64,000 nt of DNA from Zootoca vivipara (Eukaryota), in assembly GCF_963506605.1 (NCBI RefSeq), contig NC_083288.1:38068001-38132000 (forward strand), in the 5' to 3' direction. The position numbers were made by a program, and so were the translations under genes. This document shows, one piece after another, positions 34,101 through 47,353 of this stretch. Below the pieces are notes generated by a model. The model ran no database searches and was not told where the DNA came from. It was given only the letters and a program-made list of their open reading frames with translations. Within the stretch, counting starts at the first letter, position 1; every line of letters begins with the position of its first letter.

Positions 34101-34920
34101 AAAAAAAAATTAATGGAGTGTAACCAGGTTTTTTCTTGAACAATTTATGTCTTCTCTTAAATCCAGGCAGTTTCTTCAACAGAGAAGTTAAAACTAGGTG
34201 AACAGAAACCAAGGGTGGGTTGGGGGTTGACCAATAAAACAACAACTATGTACCATAAAGCGAAGGGCAGAAGACTCCAGAATGGAGAGATCAAAGTTGA
34301 TAAATATATAAGAACTGACACATCCCTGTCTAGGTAGCACCTTGTCTGTGGCCTTTGAAAGAGGCCAATAAGAGTGTTACAAAATGGAAGTCACCAAAGG
34401 CCCAGTATTAAGCTGAGATGGAATGTAGGGTCCCCCAAATCATATGCTTTGCTCACATATAGCTCTGTAAGTTATAATGTTGTCATTCCATGGATCCTAA
34501 GTTTAGAGGACAGTTAAGAATCATTCGGTTGGAAAGGTTCAGGATCAGGAGGTTTTGAATAAAGGACCACAATCCAGGTTTCAGTGGTGTCTTGCAGATT
34601 ATGAGACAGGTGGGGTGGTGAGGGAAAGTGGGAGGTCAGGTGTTTAAGACTGAAGCATTTGGGGAAATTAACAGCTGGAAAGAGCATGCCAGTAAAATGA
34701 AGGGGCAGACCAAGAGGTCAATTGTCAAAAGAAAAAGGAGGGCTTAATAAAGTCAAGGGATAGCAAGAGGGCAGAAAAGCAGCCCAGAGGGAGAGAGAGG
34801 TTAGAAAAGGATACAAACACAAATGAGAAGACCTTGAGGTGAAAGATCAAAAGGAGAAAACAGGTCCTCCTTTGGCACTAAATGGATGGAGTAATTAAGG
34901 ACATTGCGAGCGAGGCGGGA

Positions 34921-37900
34921 TCAGTCTTTGAAAACAGCTTGGTGGCCGTGAGGACGTTCATCATGCATGATGTGCCTACGGACATGTATGCGCCGGACAC
35001 GGTGCTCCCGCCCATCTTCGTCGTCACCTGCACGGAGGGGGCCTCCACCCCCACCTGCCACCCCACCTGTTGCCTCCAGGAGGGCCTTGTCTGGCACTCG
35101 TGGCGTCTCGTAGATCAGGATGTTCAGGGTTTCCTCAAAGATCCGTGCCTCTGGGAACTCCACCTGTGTACATGGGGGCAGCAAGGCAAGAGCATACTGA
35201 GCAACACCAGTTCTGTCCAGAGTGTGGTGCAAGTGTTTGGTTTCAATATGGAATCCTGGGTTCAAATCCTTGCTTGGTGAATTTGAGCTTTACAGTTTTT
35301 TTTCAGTTTAACAACTCACATAGTGCAAGAGTAAAACTCAACAGCTGCTCTGAACTCCTTGATGCATAAAAATGTAAGCAGAGCTGCTGTTTCGCTAGAT
35401 GGGAAGAAATGGAACTGGGAAAGTTGACCTGAAGTAGCACTTTATCCAGAGAGTCATTTGAGTGGCCTAGGGGAAAACCTCTTCTTCCCCTCAGGTTCTG
35501 TTCTCCCATGTATGGGACCACTCCCTCCCCCAAATGCCACCAGAGGGCTACCTAAGGACCACCATGCCCTGAAGGAAGGAGAGGTCTCGCTTTCAAAAAG
35601 CTTTCTTCCCTGTGGCTCTCTCTTTATTGCTTTATAATATAGTTTTAATTTACCGTATTTTTCCCTGCATAAGATGCCCCCTAATTTTGGGTACTCCAAA
35701 TTAAGAAAACACCCCCCAGCACTACCTGTGTATAAGACGAGCCCCATTTCTAAACAGATTTTTTTGGGGGGGAACCCTAGTCTTATATATGGTAAAATAT
35801 GGTATATTGGTTTTTTCAAAGAAAATATGTGATGTTTGCCCAAAAAGCAGTACACACAGGTTCTGCTATCCACACGCTCACTATGCAAAAATTCACTTAT
35901 CAGCACATAAAGGACATTCACTTATCCAAACAGCCAACTTCCTTACTTCCTTGTTTGTTTCTGCCTTGCTGGTTGGCAGTAGCCATTTTCGGGCAGACAC
36001 CACGGAGAGAGGGAGGGAAGGAGCAAGATCAGACAAACTGGAGAGCAGGTACAATTTATCCAGAAGGGGAAAGCTCATATCTGAAGCTCAGGGGTCTGCA
36101 CATTACCTTGGTCTGCTTCTTCTCAGTGGCATATACAATGGAGGTGCAGCAGACTTCGGCAATCTTGCGGCCCTGCCCATAAAACGACCAGCAGCAGATT
36201 TCATCCCCAAGAACATCTTTGATGAAGAGTACTCGGCCATTGAACCGCAGAGCCAGCTTGTCAAACAGTTCGATATTCTTCAGCAAGTTGTCATCGGAGT
36301 TACTGGAAGGGAGGGAAAGAGAGAAATGGTGGCGTGATCTCTCTTGAGACACCTCTATTAGCCAGGAGGTGGGAGTCAAGAATGGGCGACATGGGAGTCA
36401 AGAAACAATACCAAGCTATGCCCAATTCCAGCAGTTGGGTGTGTGTGTTGCATCTTACCTTGTATATGAATACTTGTTATTACTTCGGTTGTGCAGCAAT
36501 TTCACCACAGGCTAAGAAAGGAGGAAAAGAAGGATAAATATGGTGGAAACTGTCTTTTTAACCTGCATAAGAGAAACGGTCACCTGTGCCATTGGCCAAG
36601 CGACAGTGATTTCATGAAATGTTCATATATGTTCTAACATCTGGTATGTGTGTGTTCACATCAGACCCATTTTATGCTGTGTCAACAATGTGGAAGGTGC
36701 TAAAATATTTCCATGTGATCAACTCTGTCACATGGCAAGTCTTCATGACTTGAATGGGTCACGAGACTGGAGTTCCAACTTATGTCTTTTAGTAGGCAGT
36801 GCTTGATTTTAGCTAGAAGGCTAAGAAGCTTTGCAATTTAGGACTTCACTAATGGTGGCAGACGCCATCTGCACTCATGAGTATCACCTCACTGGCCCTA
36901 AACAAGCAAGAAGACATCTAAGTCAAGCAGTCTAAAATGGCGCAGATCTACATGATCTTGGACTTGATTGAGCCTTATGTGACTTCACAGCCTCTTTACC
37001 TTGGAACAGCTTGAGATGATCTGCTGCTCCTCCTTGGAAGAGGTCACCATGGGGATATGGCAGAGGGGGTCATAGGCCTCACTCTTTTGCTAGGCAGAAA
37101 AAGATACATACAAATATATTACAACTTTATTAGAAGCCCTAAAACATGCCACATATTATTAACATTCCACACTTATGTACTGCCTTTTACCAGTGCACTC
37201 ATGGGAGTTTATAAATTAAAACAAATGACATACAGTTTATTTAACACATGTAACAAGGGTGGAAGGATGGGGAGGAAGAAGAAAAATATGCAAATTGGGG
37301 AATCAGTTTTTAGATAATGTTGCATGATGGTTACAACCACCAGATGGAACAATCACTGCGGGAGACAGTTCTGAGAGGGAGAGGCCAAGTAGCAGGTCGT
37401 CCAAATCAGGCTAAAGAAAGTGGGCCTTGCTAACTCACCTCTTTGTCTCCCCAGTTCCTTCAAACTGCTTGAGGCTCAGAGGAGTCTGCCTGCCTCCTAA
37501 CTGCTCAGCAGGTGACCAGCTCACCTGCAGGGCAAGCTGACAGTCCTCAACCAAGCCTTGGATCAAGTAGTACCGGGCCTCGGATAGCACTTCCTCCAGC
37601 TCCCGCTGGGATTCAGGGAGGGACACAGAGCCATCGCGCAAGTAGTTCAGAATAGTTCCAAAATGGCGCCCACTTCGGTCAATCAAGATCCAACCTGGAA
37701 AGGAAGAACAGAATTTTAGTCTCTGAACAAAAGGTATTGGGGAGGCAGAAGCAGAGACCAGGAAAGAAGAATCTCTTGCACATAAAATTAAAAGTAGCTC
37801 TGTTCTGGAGAACACTTTAAAACATTTAGAGGGAAATCCAAATGTTGCTGTCTTTGTAAATAATTTTCCTAACAAAGCTACAATATTTTGTTTTATTTTC

Positions 37901-39319
37901 TATTTCATTTGTATACCGTTATATACCCGCCAGTCTCAGGACGGTTCACAGGATAAAATCATGATATAGAAACACAGAATACATAATCAAAATTAAAGCA
38001 GTAACAACCCAATAACCCCACCAACACCCTTTAAAAGGGCACTGAATGTCAGTCAACCAAAGGCATGGTTAAAAAGCAACGTTTCTGCCTGGCACCTAAA
38101 GGCGTATAACGAAGGCGACTGGCGAACCTCTCTGGGGAGAGCATTTCACAAATGGGGAGCCACTGCAGGAAAAGGCCTGCTCTTGTGTTGCCACTCTGCA
38201 GACCTCTCATGGAGGAGGCACACGAAGAAGGGCCTCAGAGGATGATCTCAGGGTCTGGGTAGGTTCATATGGAAGGAGGTGGTTCTTGAGGTATTTAGGA
38301 TAGGTCCTTGAGGAAATTTAGGATATTTTATCTCACAAACAAAATGTAACAGATCCTTGATACCAAGTTATTCAACATTGACTAGAAAGCTTTTAAAAAT
38401 ATGAACCTGAATTTCCCCCCTGGGGTTCACTGTTCATCCTATCAGAAGCAGGTGTGAGGTAGTTCTGACATTTTCTTTGCTTCTGAAAAGAAGCCATATA
38501 GAATGGCAGATTTCTGTTACCTCCAAAGTGCCACACTTATTGATAACTACAGTGGTACCTCTACTTACGAATTTAATGCGTTCCGAACACACATTTGTAA
38601 GTTGAAAAAAAAAGTAAGTCGAATCCCATAGGAATGCATTGGGAGAAAAAATTCGTAAGTCAAAGCAACCCTATCTAAAAATTCGTAAGTAGAAAAAATC
38701 CTATCTAAACCGCATCCAAGATGGCGAACGGAGCTCCATTTGTAAGTAGAAAAATTTGTAAGTAGAGTTATTTGTAAGTAGAGGTACCACTGTAGTTGCT
38801 ATTACATAATTTATATTCTTGACTGAATTTTCATGCTATTTTTTAATATCACTTGGATTGATCTATTACATGCACTGCACTTTTCCTCTATATTTCTTTT
38901 GTAATATGCAGTAGTGCTGTTCATGGCTTTGGGGGCTTTTGGTCCAAAAAGTATTAGTGTTTATTTATCTTACTATACCATATAATCTCAGTTGAGCAGG
39001 AAACCTGGATTGGGAGAAGGGTTGGGAGACAAGACTGTATGATGCCTGGACACTTACCTTCACTATCTGTGAGCACCTCCATCCTGCCACTGAACATAGC
39101 CTTGAGCATGGTGTCTTGCTTGGTGAGGGTTTGCACTGTGGTGTAATGCAGTGACCCTCCCACGTTCAGCTTGACATACTTGCTGCTGGGGTTAAGGGGT
39201 TTGAGATCAAAGGTCACACCGGCTACCCCTCCGCTGCCATCCCGTCGCTGCTGGATTGGGACTAGCGGGGCACAATTCTCCAGGGGTGGGACCTGGTCTG
39301 CCGTGGCCTCAGCTGACAT
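34921..39319 (-). CDS. KCTD13: BTB/POZ CUL3 adaptor for RhoA degradation (BACURD1), 337 aa
   Basis: Coding exons 39319-39058, 37694-37525, 37089-37000, 36511-36459, 36302-36107 and 35163-34921, with consistent phases (1014 nt). [50 protein letters not shown], and the KCTD13-type C-terminus [24 protein letters not shown]. Confidence 0.96.
35653..35802. mobile_element. Tc1/pogo-type MITE
   Basis: TA-flanked imperfect TIRs CCGTATTTT...AAAATATGG. Confidence 0.6.
38550..38792. mobile_element. Tc1/mariner (Tigger-like) MITE
   Basis: TIRs CAGTGGTACCTCTACTTAC / GTAAGTAGAGGTACCACTG with TA TSD. Confidence 0.85.
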
Positions 39320-40307
39320 AACCACCTGCAGAAACAGAAATTGAGCAGGGAGGCCTTCCCAAACCACGTTACCTGCAAAGGGGCTTGGATTAGATGGAGT
39401 AGGGCAGAGCTTTCCAAACTGTGTGTCGCGACTCGTTAGTGTGTCAGCTGCAGTGTGTAGGCATGTCGCACAAATGCTCCCCTGCACTCCTCTTGGGGCT
39501 GGAATGGGTTGGTTTAACCTCCAATTTGCTAGTAAAACTGAATTACTGTATCATGAAATTATACATGTCCAAAAAGTGTGCCACCAACTTGAAAAGTTTG
39601 GAAAGCTCTGGAGCAGGGCCTGGGGAGCCTTTTGTCTCAACCCCCCCACCCCTTGCACACACTTCTAACTTTCATAGCAGAGCAGAGCCTCCATCAATCA
39701 GATACTCACCAGATGTTTTGGACTACAACTTACATCACGGGCATCCACTCCTTGGACTAATGGGACTAGCCTAGTTTACGTTTACTATGCTTTTATATAT
39801 GCTGCAAGCTACCCAGAGTGGCTGGGGAAACCCAGCCAGATGAGCAGGGTTTAAATAATAAAATTATTATTATTATTATTATCATTATTAGTGCAACAAC
39901 CCTGTAAGGCAGACCAGTATTGTTATCCCCGCACTACTGGTTGCAAGGTATGTGCAGGGACTCATAGAACTTAGAACCATAGAGTTGGGAAAGGGTCACA
40001 AGGGTCATCTAGTCCAACCCCCTGCATTGCAGAAATCTAACTGTTCCCTATGAAAAATGTCACTGCAGGCCACTGACTCACATCAATGGCCCCATTGGCT
40101 GGGGCTAATGGGAGTGCTAGCCCAGAACATATGGAGGGTGCCAGGTTTGCGAAGGGTGCTCTGCATAATACTGTAAAACATTTAGGACAGTTTCAGACCC
40201 ACCTGTCTTACTGCTGTTTGACACATACCTCTCCCCACACCACCACCACACACAATCTTCCCATCCCACTGTTGCCCGTTTCTTGTCAACTCTCTGGGAA
40301 GAAACTA

Positions 40308-40507
40308 CTGTGTTTCTCCGAAAATAAGTCGTACCCCGAAAATAAGCCATACCCCCAAAATAAGCCATAGTATAGGCAGTTTAACCTTGTAGGTTAAACT
40401 GTACCATACTTGATAAAAAAATAAGATATCCCCTGAAAATAAGCCACCGTGTGTTTTTTTGAAGAAAAATAAATATAAGATGGTGTCTTATTTTTGGAGA
40501 AACACGG
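40308..40507. mobile_element. Tc1/pogo-type MITE
   Basis: TIRs CTGTGTTTCTCCGAAAATAAG / CTTATTTTTGGAGAAACACGG, TA flanks, internal CCGAAAATAAG repeats. Confidence 0.75.
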
Positions 40508-40999
40508 TAGATCATTTGCGGCTTCATGCTTCTTTGTCCGTACCTCTCTCTTACAGCATTTCACCACAGAGCAAAAACCTTCCTGTTTAGGCAGGCACTT
40601 GCTTTATCAGATGAATAAGTTTTCATCTAATGCTTGTTTTATTATTTTTTGGGGAGATGGGGAAATTTACTGTACTGTATTGTATTTAGTGGTGGTTCTA
40701 GTGGTAAGCCACCCTAAACGGTGCATGGTCATTAGAACGAAAAGGTGCTGGTTTGTAAACCAAACGAGTCACGTCAGCAGGAAACAACAGGAGTGTGTCT
40801 CGGTGTTTGCACTCCTCTTTTTGCCCCTCGGGCTCTTATTTCCTCCTTCTGCCCGCCCTAGCCACCCTCACTCAGCTCTTTCCTTGCTCCTCAGCACTGA
40901 TTTGCTGGCGATCTTTCTGCCAGCCCACCCGCAACCTGTCTTCCCATTTATTGCTCTGCGGGGCCTTCAGGGCCTGAGCAGACGAAGCCAATGAAGAGG

Positions 41000-41700
41000 T
41001 GCTGGACGGGCCTCTTCCCAACCCTGGCTCGTCTCCGTTCGGGCCTTTTCCCCTCCGCCCCCCTCCGTCCCGGGAGGCCTGCGACCCCCGGCCCTTCCGC
41101 CGCCCCCAGCCACTCACCTCCCGAGGGAGAGCGGGTGGGCTCAGCACAGGCGCCTCCCCTTCAGCCCCGCCCGGACTCAGGGCACAACGGCCGGCCAAGA
41201 CGCCTAAGCCCGGGAGCAAGGAGGCGCAGGGACAGCGACTGCGCATGCACTTCAGAGCCCTCGCTCGCACTCTGGTCGCTTCGCCTGGCAGTTAGCCTCT
41301 ACATCCGGGTACCCGCCCGCATTTAGCAAGACACAGAGACCTGGACGGCGCTTCCCTCCCAGGGGCGGAGGAGCAGAAGTGCGCCTGCGCCAGAAGGCGA
41401 GCCTGTTGAGGCTGAGAGGAAACAAATGCTCCAGGAAGCAAGGAGGGAGGACACTGCTCGTGCGCATGCGCCTACAAGCAACCGTGAGCCGCACTGAGCA
41501 TTTGGTTTACGCAGAAAGGGAAGACGCGCCATGCTGTCGTTTGCGCACGCTACTGGGTGGGGAAAAATCCGTTAGCTAGCGCGCGCTGCAACTGGAGCAT
41601 GCGCCGTTCTTCCAGCTGGGGCAGCTAAAGCGCCTTATATCGGCTTGTTTGTGCCGATAGCGTCGCAGGGGTTGAAGGCAGGGACGGCGATCGCCGGTTC
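41000..41700 (-). promoter_or_regulatory. KCTD13 CpG-island promoter and non-coding exon 1
   Basis: CpG island with several NRF1 motifs (TGCGCATGC at ~41241, GCGCATGCGC at ~41462). Minus-strand donor GAG|GTGAGT at 41118. The coding exon acceptor is at 39325. Confidence 0.8.
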
Positions 41701-42727
41701 CACCTCTAACAGCACAGGCAATACTGACGTACTTTCCCCCTCTTCTTGATCCTCTCCTGTCTGATCCCCTGAGTGGTTCCTCCACCCCCCCCCCAATTAT
41801 TAGGAATGGATGCTTTAGCTGAGATTCCTGTATTGCAGGGGTTGGACTAGATGACCCTCGGATTCCTTCCAGCTCCATGTTTCTACACGCCCCTCCAGCA
41901 GTTCCCATGGCTTTGTCCAGCTTCACATCCTTCCCTCTTGAAGGGGTATGTTCCTTAAAATGTCCATAAACTGCACTTTCGGAACGTGAGTGTGTGTAAC
42001 GTGAAGACAGAGGCTTCAGCAATGCAAATAGAAAAGCTTCAATAGCATATCCATAAAACTTGACTGGTAAAACAAAATGGAAGTTCCGAAGACCCATCCG
42101 AACAGCTCCCACCAGACTTCTGTTGGCAAGGAGTTCCACAGGGCAGTGTTGGCTCACACTAAAGGCTCAGTGCCCTGGTGAAGGCCAACCCCAGGGGCAT
42201 GGGCAACTGTCACATGGTATGCTGCCATCTTTGGCAATCACTTGTAGCCGGGTAAGATTGTCTTCCATGAACACGGTCTTAACAGTGAGTCCGTAAGTGA
42301 CCATGGAGCATAGCTGTCAAGTTTTCCCTTTTCTTGTGAGGAAGCCTATTCAGCATAAGGGAATTTCCCTTTTAAAAAAGGAGAACTTGACAGCTATGCC
42401 ATGGAGGCCGATTCTGGATCCACGCATCCTTCCACAGTGGGGACATGTTTCTGGGCAGGAGTTGATCACGATGAGGGTTGGCCAAACATGCTGCCATATG
42501 CAGGACAATAAACAGCATCCTGCCCCACAACTCTTAAATGAGGTTATGTCCTATTTTGTTTGCAGTTGTTGCCCTGTTCTTGGCAGGGGCGCCATTGAAA
42601 CTCCCAGTGTGTGTTTATCTGTGGAGGGGGTGCCAGAAAGGGTCTTTTGACTCCTGCGAAATAAAGCTTAGTTTTGCCCCTTTCCTTGGGCATTTTGGGC
42701 TTTTCTAGGCTTCAGCAGTCAGGTAAG

Positions 42728-43101
42728 GGACCCAGGTGGCGCTGTGGGGACCCAGGTGGCGCTGTGGTTAAACCACTGAGCCTAGGGCTTGCTGATCAGA
42801 AGGTTGGCGGTTTGAATCCCTGTGACGGGGTGAGCTCCCGTTGCTTGGTCCCAGCTCCTGCCAACCTAGCAGTTCGAAAGCACGTCAAAATGCAAGTAGA
42901 TAAATAGGAACCGCTACAGCGGGAAGGTAAACAGCGTTTCCATGTGCTGCTCTGGTTTGCCAGAAGCGGCTATGTCATGCTGGCCACATGACCTGGAAGC
43001 TGTACGCCGGCTCCCCCGGCCAATAATGCAAGATGAGCGTACAACCCCAGAGTCGGTCACGACTGACCTAATGGTCAGGGGTCCCTTTACGTTTACCTTT
43101 A
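42728..43101 (+). mobile_element. Sauria SINE, full length
   Basis: tRNA-like head GGGACCCAGGTGGCGCTGTGGTTAAACC (first ~19 nt tandemly duplicated) and (ACCTTT)-type tail. Reverse copy at 49519-49815 and fragment at ~23514-23595. Confidence 0.85.
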
Positions 43102-43269
43102 AGGTTTTATAAGTGCGTTGTGCTTGCTTGCTTGCTTGCTTTCTCTCTCTCTCTTAGGACTTCAATTGCCTCCTTTTTCAAAGTCAAGTAATACCTCCCT
43201 ATCACTGCTGCTGCTCTTTTCTGATTTTTTAAAAAACAAAATTTTATTGTTTTTAAACAAATACAATTA

Positions 43270-43425
43270 CAGTGGTACCTCGGTTTATGAACACAATTGG
43301 TTCCGGAAGTCTGTTCATAAACTGAAGCGTTCATAAACTGAAGCGAACTTTCCCATTGAAAGTAATGGAAAGTGAATTAATCCGTTCCAGATGGGCCGCG
43401 GCATTCGTAAACCGAGGTTCCACTG
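43270..43425. mobile_element. Tc1/mariner (Tigger-like) MITE
   Basis: TIRs CAGTGGTACCTCGGTTTA / TAAACCGAGGTTCCACTG with TA TSD. Confidence 0.8.
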
Positions 43426-43789
43426 TACCCAGCAGTAGCTTATCCAGCAGTACAGCTAATGGTGTGTGTTTTATCCAATGTCTCCAGACATACACTTACA
43501 CATTCAACATTCAAACATTAATGTAACCTCTCCACTGAGACTATTGAGCAGTTGGTATAAGGAGATCTTGATTTTGGTCATTAACATGATCTTTTCTGAT
43601 CTTTTGTCACTCATCATTTAAAACACTTTTGTTCTCATCAACTTTGGGTCACGTTTTTTGATCTGAAATGAACTCAGGAGGAAGCACCTTTGGGGTCAAA
43701 GCCATAATTGTGTTAAGAGCATTCTGCATGAAACTGAGTGGCCAAATAGATTTATTGAGAAACTAAGGAAATTGCTCAAGGCTCTTGTA

Positions 43790-44263
43790 CAGCGTTTCTC
43801 AACCGCTGTTCTGCGGCACACTAGTGTGCCGCGAGACGCTGGCTGGTGTGCCGCGACGTGCGGCGACGAGAAGGGCGATTTGCATTGTCACGTGCCTGGC
43901 GGCCGCCAATAAACAACACTGACCCGCCAGAAAGGAAGCCGCCGGGTCACGCTGCGGGGCGAGCGCAGCTCTCAACAGCCACGGGAGGGTGGTTTTAGAC
44001 AAACTTAAAGAAGCTGGCTGGATGAGCTCAGCCTGAAACTTGCTGAGCAAAGGATTGTTCTGGCAGAGAAATCAGCGGCTTGTGAAGCCTTATTACAAGA
44101 GATTGCAACCAACACAGCAATTGGCAAGTGTTTCTTACAGTCATAATTATATAGTCAATATAGGGCGGCACAGAGTTAATTTTTTAAACTTTTTTAATGG
44201 TGGTGTGCCTCGTGATTTTTTTCATGGAACAAGTGTGCCTTGGCCCAAAAAAGGTTGAGACTG
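43790..44263 (+). mobile_element. Non-autonomous hAT element carrying a captured dynein heavy-chain exon fragment
   Basis: TIR CAGCGTTTCTCAACC / GGTTGAGACTG and exact 8-bp TSD CTCTTGTA. Internal 43985-44129 translates to a dynein stalk-like peptide. Confidence 0.85.
43985..44123 (+). pseudogene. Captured, frameshifted fragment of an axonemal dynein heavy chain (DNAH10-like) exon
   Basis: EGG/LDKLKEA/LDELSLKLAEQRIVLAEKSAACEALLQEIATNTAI followed by a donor-like G|GCAAGT. It matches the recalled DNAH10 stalk coiled-coil (LDELNQKLAEQKIVLAEKSAACEALLEEIA). Confidence 0.75.
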
Positions 44264-44939
44264 CTCTTGTAAACCCAGATGCCCATAGGGGAAGAGTGCC
44301 AGGGAAGCAAGTCCTGCAGTGAGCCTCTGCAGGAGGAAGGCTTTCTCCTTTCACTTGGTGTGAGGATCAATTAAGGCACTCCTGGCAAAGACAAAGCAGA
44401 AATGCAGAGTCACAGTTGCTTATTGCATCTCTGATAGTGCTCTGCATTTGCCTCCCAGTGAGATAGGATGTTGCAAACAGTACCTCACGCAAAAACATGA
44501 TGGGCTGGGCTGAGCATCCCACCCCCCTAGAAGTAAACTGTTAGGGCTGGGTCTGTCCCCTTAATTCAGCTTCGGGAAGATAAACCCCCATCCAACAGAT
44601 GTTTGAGAATCACTGGCTTTAAAAAAAAGTTGAAAGTCATCACACAAGTTTTAAGACCAGAACTTCTGACCACTTACAGTGGAACAAGAATCTTAATCTG
44701 TGTCAACCACCATGCTGTGGAATTCCCACCTGACTGGTGTGTCTAGCTAGCACCTTTCCTATACAGCTTTCAGCAGATGCTAACGACAAACTTCTCCCCT
44801 GGCCCTTGGCACCTTAGATGTGTTTTAGGGACCCCACCCTTGCCAGATTTGAAGTTATATTATGAAGTGTCCTGCCTCTGCTGGTTGGAGGAATAGATCT
44901 TGTTAAAAAACACAGATTTATTAGATCTGGAGGGTCACG

Positions 44940-46150
44940 ATACTGGTAATAGATTTGGGTGGCACGCATATTTGTGGTATGATAAAACGAAAGTTCATAA
45001 AGGATTCCTGAACCATTTGATAAGAAAATCTATGATGTATGGGACAGGTACAAGAATCTATTAGAACAAAGAACACCATGGTGGCTCTCTCCATTGGAAG
45101 CAATTTCAGTTAAAAAAGTAAATAGGTGAGTGGGTCACCTATTAAGATTTGTTAAAAGAGACATGAGACCAATTAAAATTGGAAAAAATTGAGGATATTA
45201 GAGAACGGTTAACGGATTGGTTACAGTATCACCAATTAAATGTTTTTAAGGGTGACAAAAAGAAATTTTTTGATACAATGAGATCAAGGTTTAAAACAGA
45301 TCTGTTCGAAAATAATGTGAAAGTGCTATCAAAAATGTACAAATTACTTTTAGAATGGCATACAAAAGACAAAGCAGTTAAGGCAGTGATACATTGGGCT
45401 AGACTTTGGATAGAATATCCAACTTTCATCCTGGGAAAAGTTATGGAAAGAGGAAATAAAATTTACTGCATGCTGTTCGTTGAAAGAAAATTATATGAAA
45501 ATGATGTATCATTGGTATCTAACACAGAGTAAAATTGCTAAAATGTACAAAACAAGTTCTAAACTGTGCTGGAAATGTAAAGAAAAAGAGGGCCCTTGTT
45601 ACCATATGTGGTGGACATGTACATTGGGAAATGCTTTCTGGGAAATGATATATAATGAGTTAAAGAAAATGTTTAAGAATACATTTGTTAAAAAACCAGA
45701 AGCCTTCTTATTAGGCATTGTATGTGAAGTTTCCAAGATAGGATAAAAGGCTTTTTATATATGCAACAGGAACGCTACTAGCCCAGAAATGGAAGGAAGG
45801 AGAAGTACCAACAAAAGAAGAATGGCAGATGAAATTGATGGAGTATGCGGAAATGGCGGAACTGACGGGGAAGATCTGAAACCAGGAAGATTAAGTATTT
45901 TCTAAAGACTGGAGTAAATTTGTAATTTACTTAAAAGACCAGTGTAAACAATTAAATCTTTGGCAGGGATGTGAAGACATTTGTAATGTGGATTTGTTTT
46001 GATGGTAATTATGGTTATATAATAGATAGATAATTGTAAAATATGTACTGTAGTAAATTTAATCTTAAAGATGGAACCCATAGAGGGAGGTCTAAGGGTT
46101 TGAAAGAACTCTGCATTTTAATGTTTGAAAATTATTTTGAAAATAAAATA
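44940..46150 (+). mobile_element. Degenerate L1/Tx1-clade LINE 3' fragment
   Basis: Frameshifted ORF2 pieces LTDWLQYHQL..., KENYMKMMYHWY...CWKCKEKEGPCYHMWWTC, followed by a 3' UTR ending AAATAAAATAAA. Confidence 0.8.
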
Positions 46151-46794
46151 AACTGCTTTTAATACAGACATTTAATTGTTGGGAGCCTGATGGCGAATTG
46201 TTGGGAGCCTGATTTAAATAGCAGTCCTAAGTAACTCCAACACTATTTCTTTTTTTATCCATCCTAATCTATTTCCCCTCACGTGAGGTTTTTCCCTCAC
46301 TTTGATTTTGGCATCTTTTATGCAGTTTTCATACAAAAGAAGGCACTTTTTCATATAAGGAGTTTCCCTAGGAATTTGTTCCCAGATAGTGAAAGCAGTC
46401 AACTTGGATGGTTTTTAATGGAATTTGACAAATTCATGGAGGATAAGGCTCTCAGTGACTACTAGCCACGAGGGCTATCTACTACTTCCAGTGTCAAAAG
46501 GAAGCATGCCTCTGACTGTTATTTGCTGGGAAACAAGGTACAGACAGTTGCTGTTGCAGGCATCTCACAGGCCTCTGAATGCCCACTGCAAGAGGAGGAT
46601 ACTGCACTTGATGGGCTTTTATCACAATCCAGCTGGGCTCTTCTTTCTTTCTTTTTGTAACGAAAAGTAGGAAGTTGGTGGCGGCAATATAAAATAACCT
46701 TTTGAGATGTACAAGTTTTCTGTACTACTTTTAGATGCTTAATATATTTAAATGCACCAAAGCTAAAATAGAATTTAAAAAAACCCAATTCACC

Positions 46795-47353
46795 TTTATG
46801 TATAAAAATGTAGGTCCATGTTTGTTAGGCCGTGACGTTCTCCAAAACCATTTGCCCGATCGCGTTCAAATTTGGCCACAGCGTCACATGGGGATATCCG
46901 AGTGTTTAGATTACCCACGTCACACCTGTGCCACAAAAACCAGGTAAAACCCACTGGTTTGGAACCCTGAAATCAGAGGGCCGGGGAAGCTGGGAAATAG
47001 AAGGCAGAAGAGGTTGCAACACAGCGCCCTCTAGCGGCGGCTATACTGGTACTGCAGCTACTAGGCCGAATGGAGGCTCGCATTTACAGACTAGGCCAGG
47101 CATCCCCAAACTTCGGCCCTCCAGATGTTTTGGACTACAATTCCCATCTTCCCCGACCACTAGTCCTGTTAGGGATCATGGTAGTTGTACGCCAAAACAT
47201 CTGGAGGGCCGCAGTTTGGGGGTGCCTGGACTAGGCCGAACGGAGCTGAGGACTTGCCTGGGTGTGGGTTGGGGGCAGGATAGGTCATGGATCGGGACAG
47301 GGTGGGGGGAATCACAGGGATGAGCCACAGCAAGGCGTGGCTTGGCCAGCTAG
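46795..47353 (+). mobile_element. Non-autonomous Helitron-like element with a nested hAT MITE (47097-47228, TSD GACTAGGC)
   Basis: 3' end has the hairpin AGCCAC-AGCAAGGC-GTGGCT followed by CTAG|T (47350-47354). The 5' end is a degenerate TATGTATAAAA head, so that boundary is approximate. Confidence 0.6.
47022..47038 (-). promoter_or_regulatory. CTCF-binding motif
   Basis: Minus strand reads GCCGCTAGAGGGCGCTG, a close match to the CTCF core consensus. Confidence 0.55.

Noticed and set aside
40872-42157. Several 70-190 aa ORFs over the KCTD13 promoter
   Set aside because: Expected stop-codon depletion in a CpG island; no homology signal.
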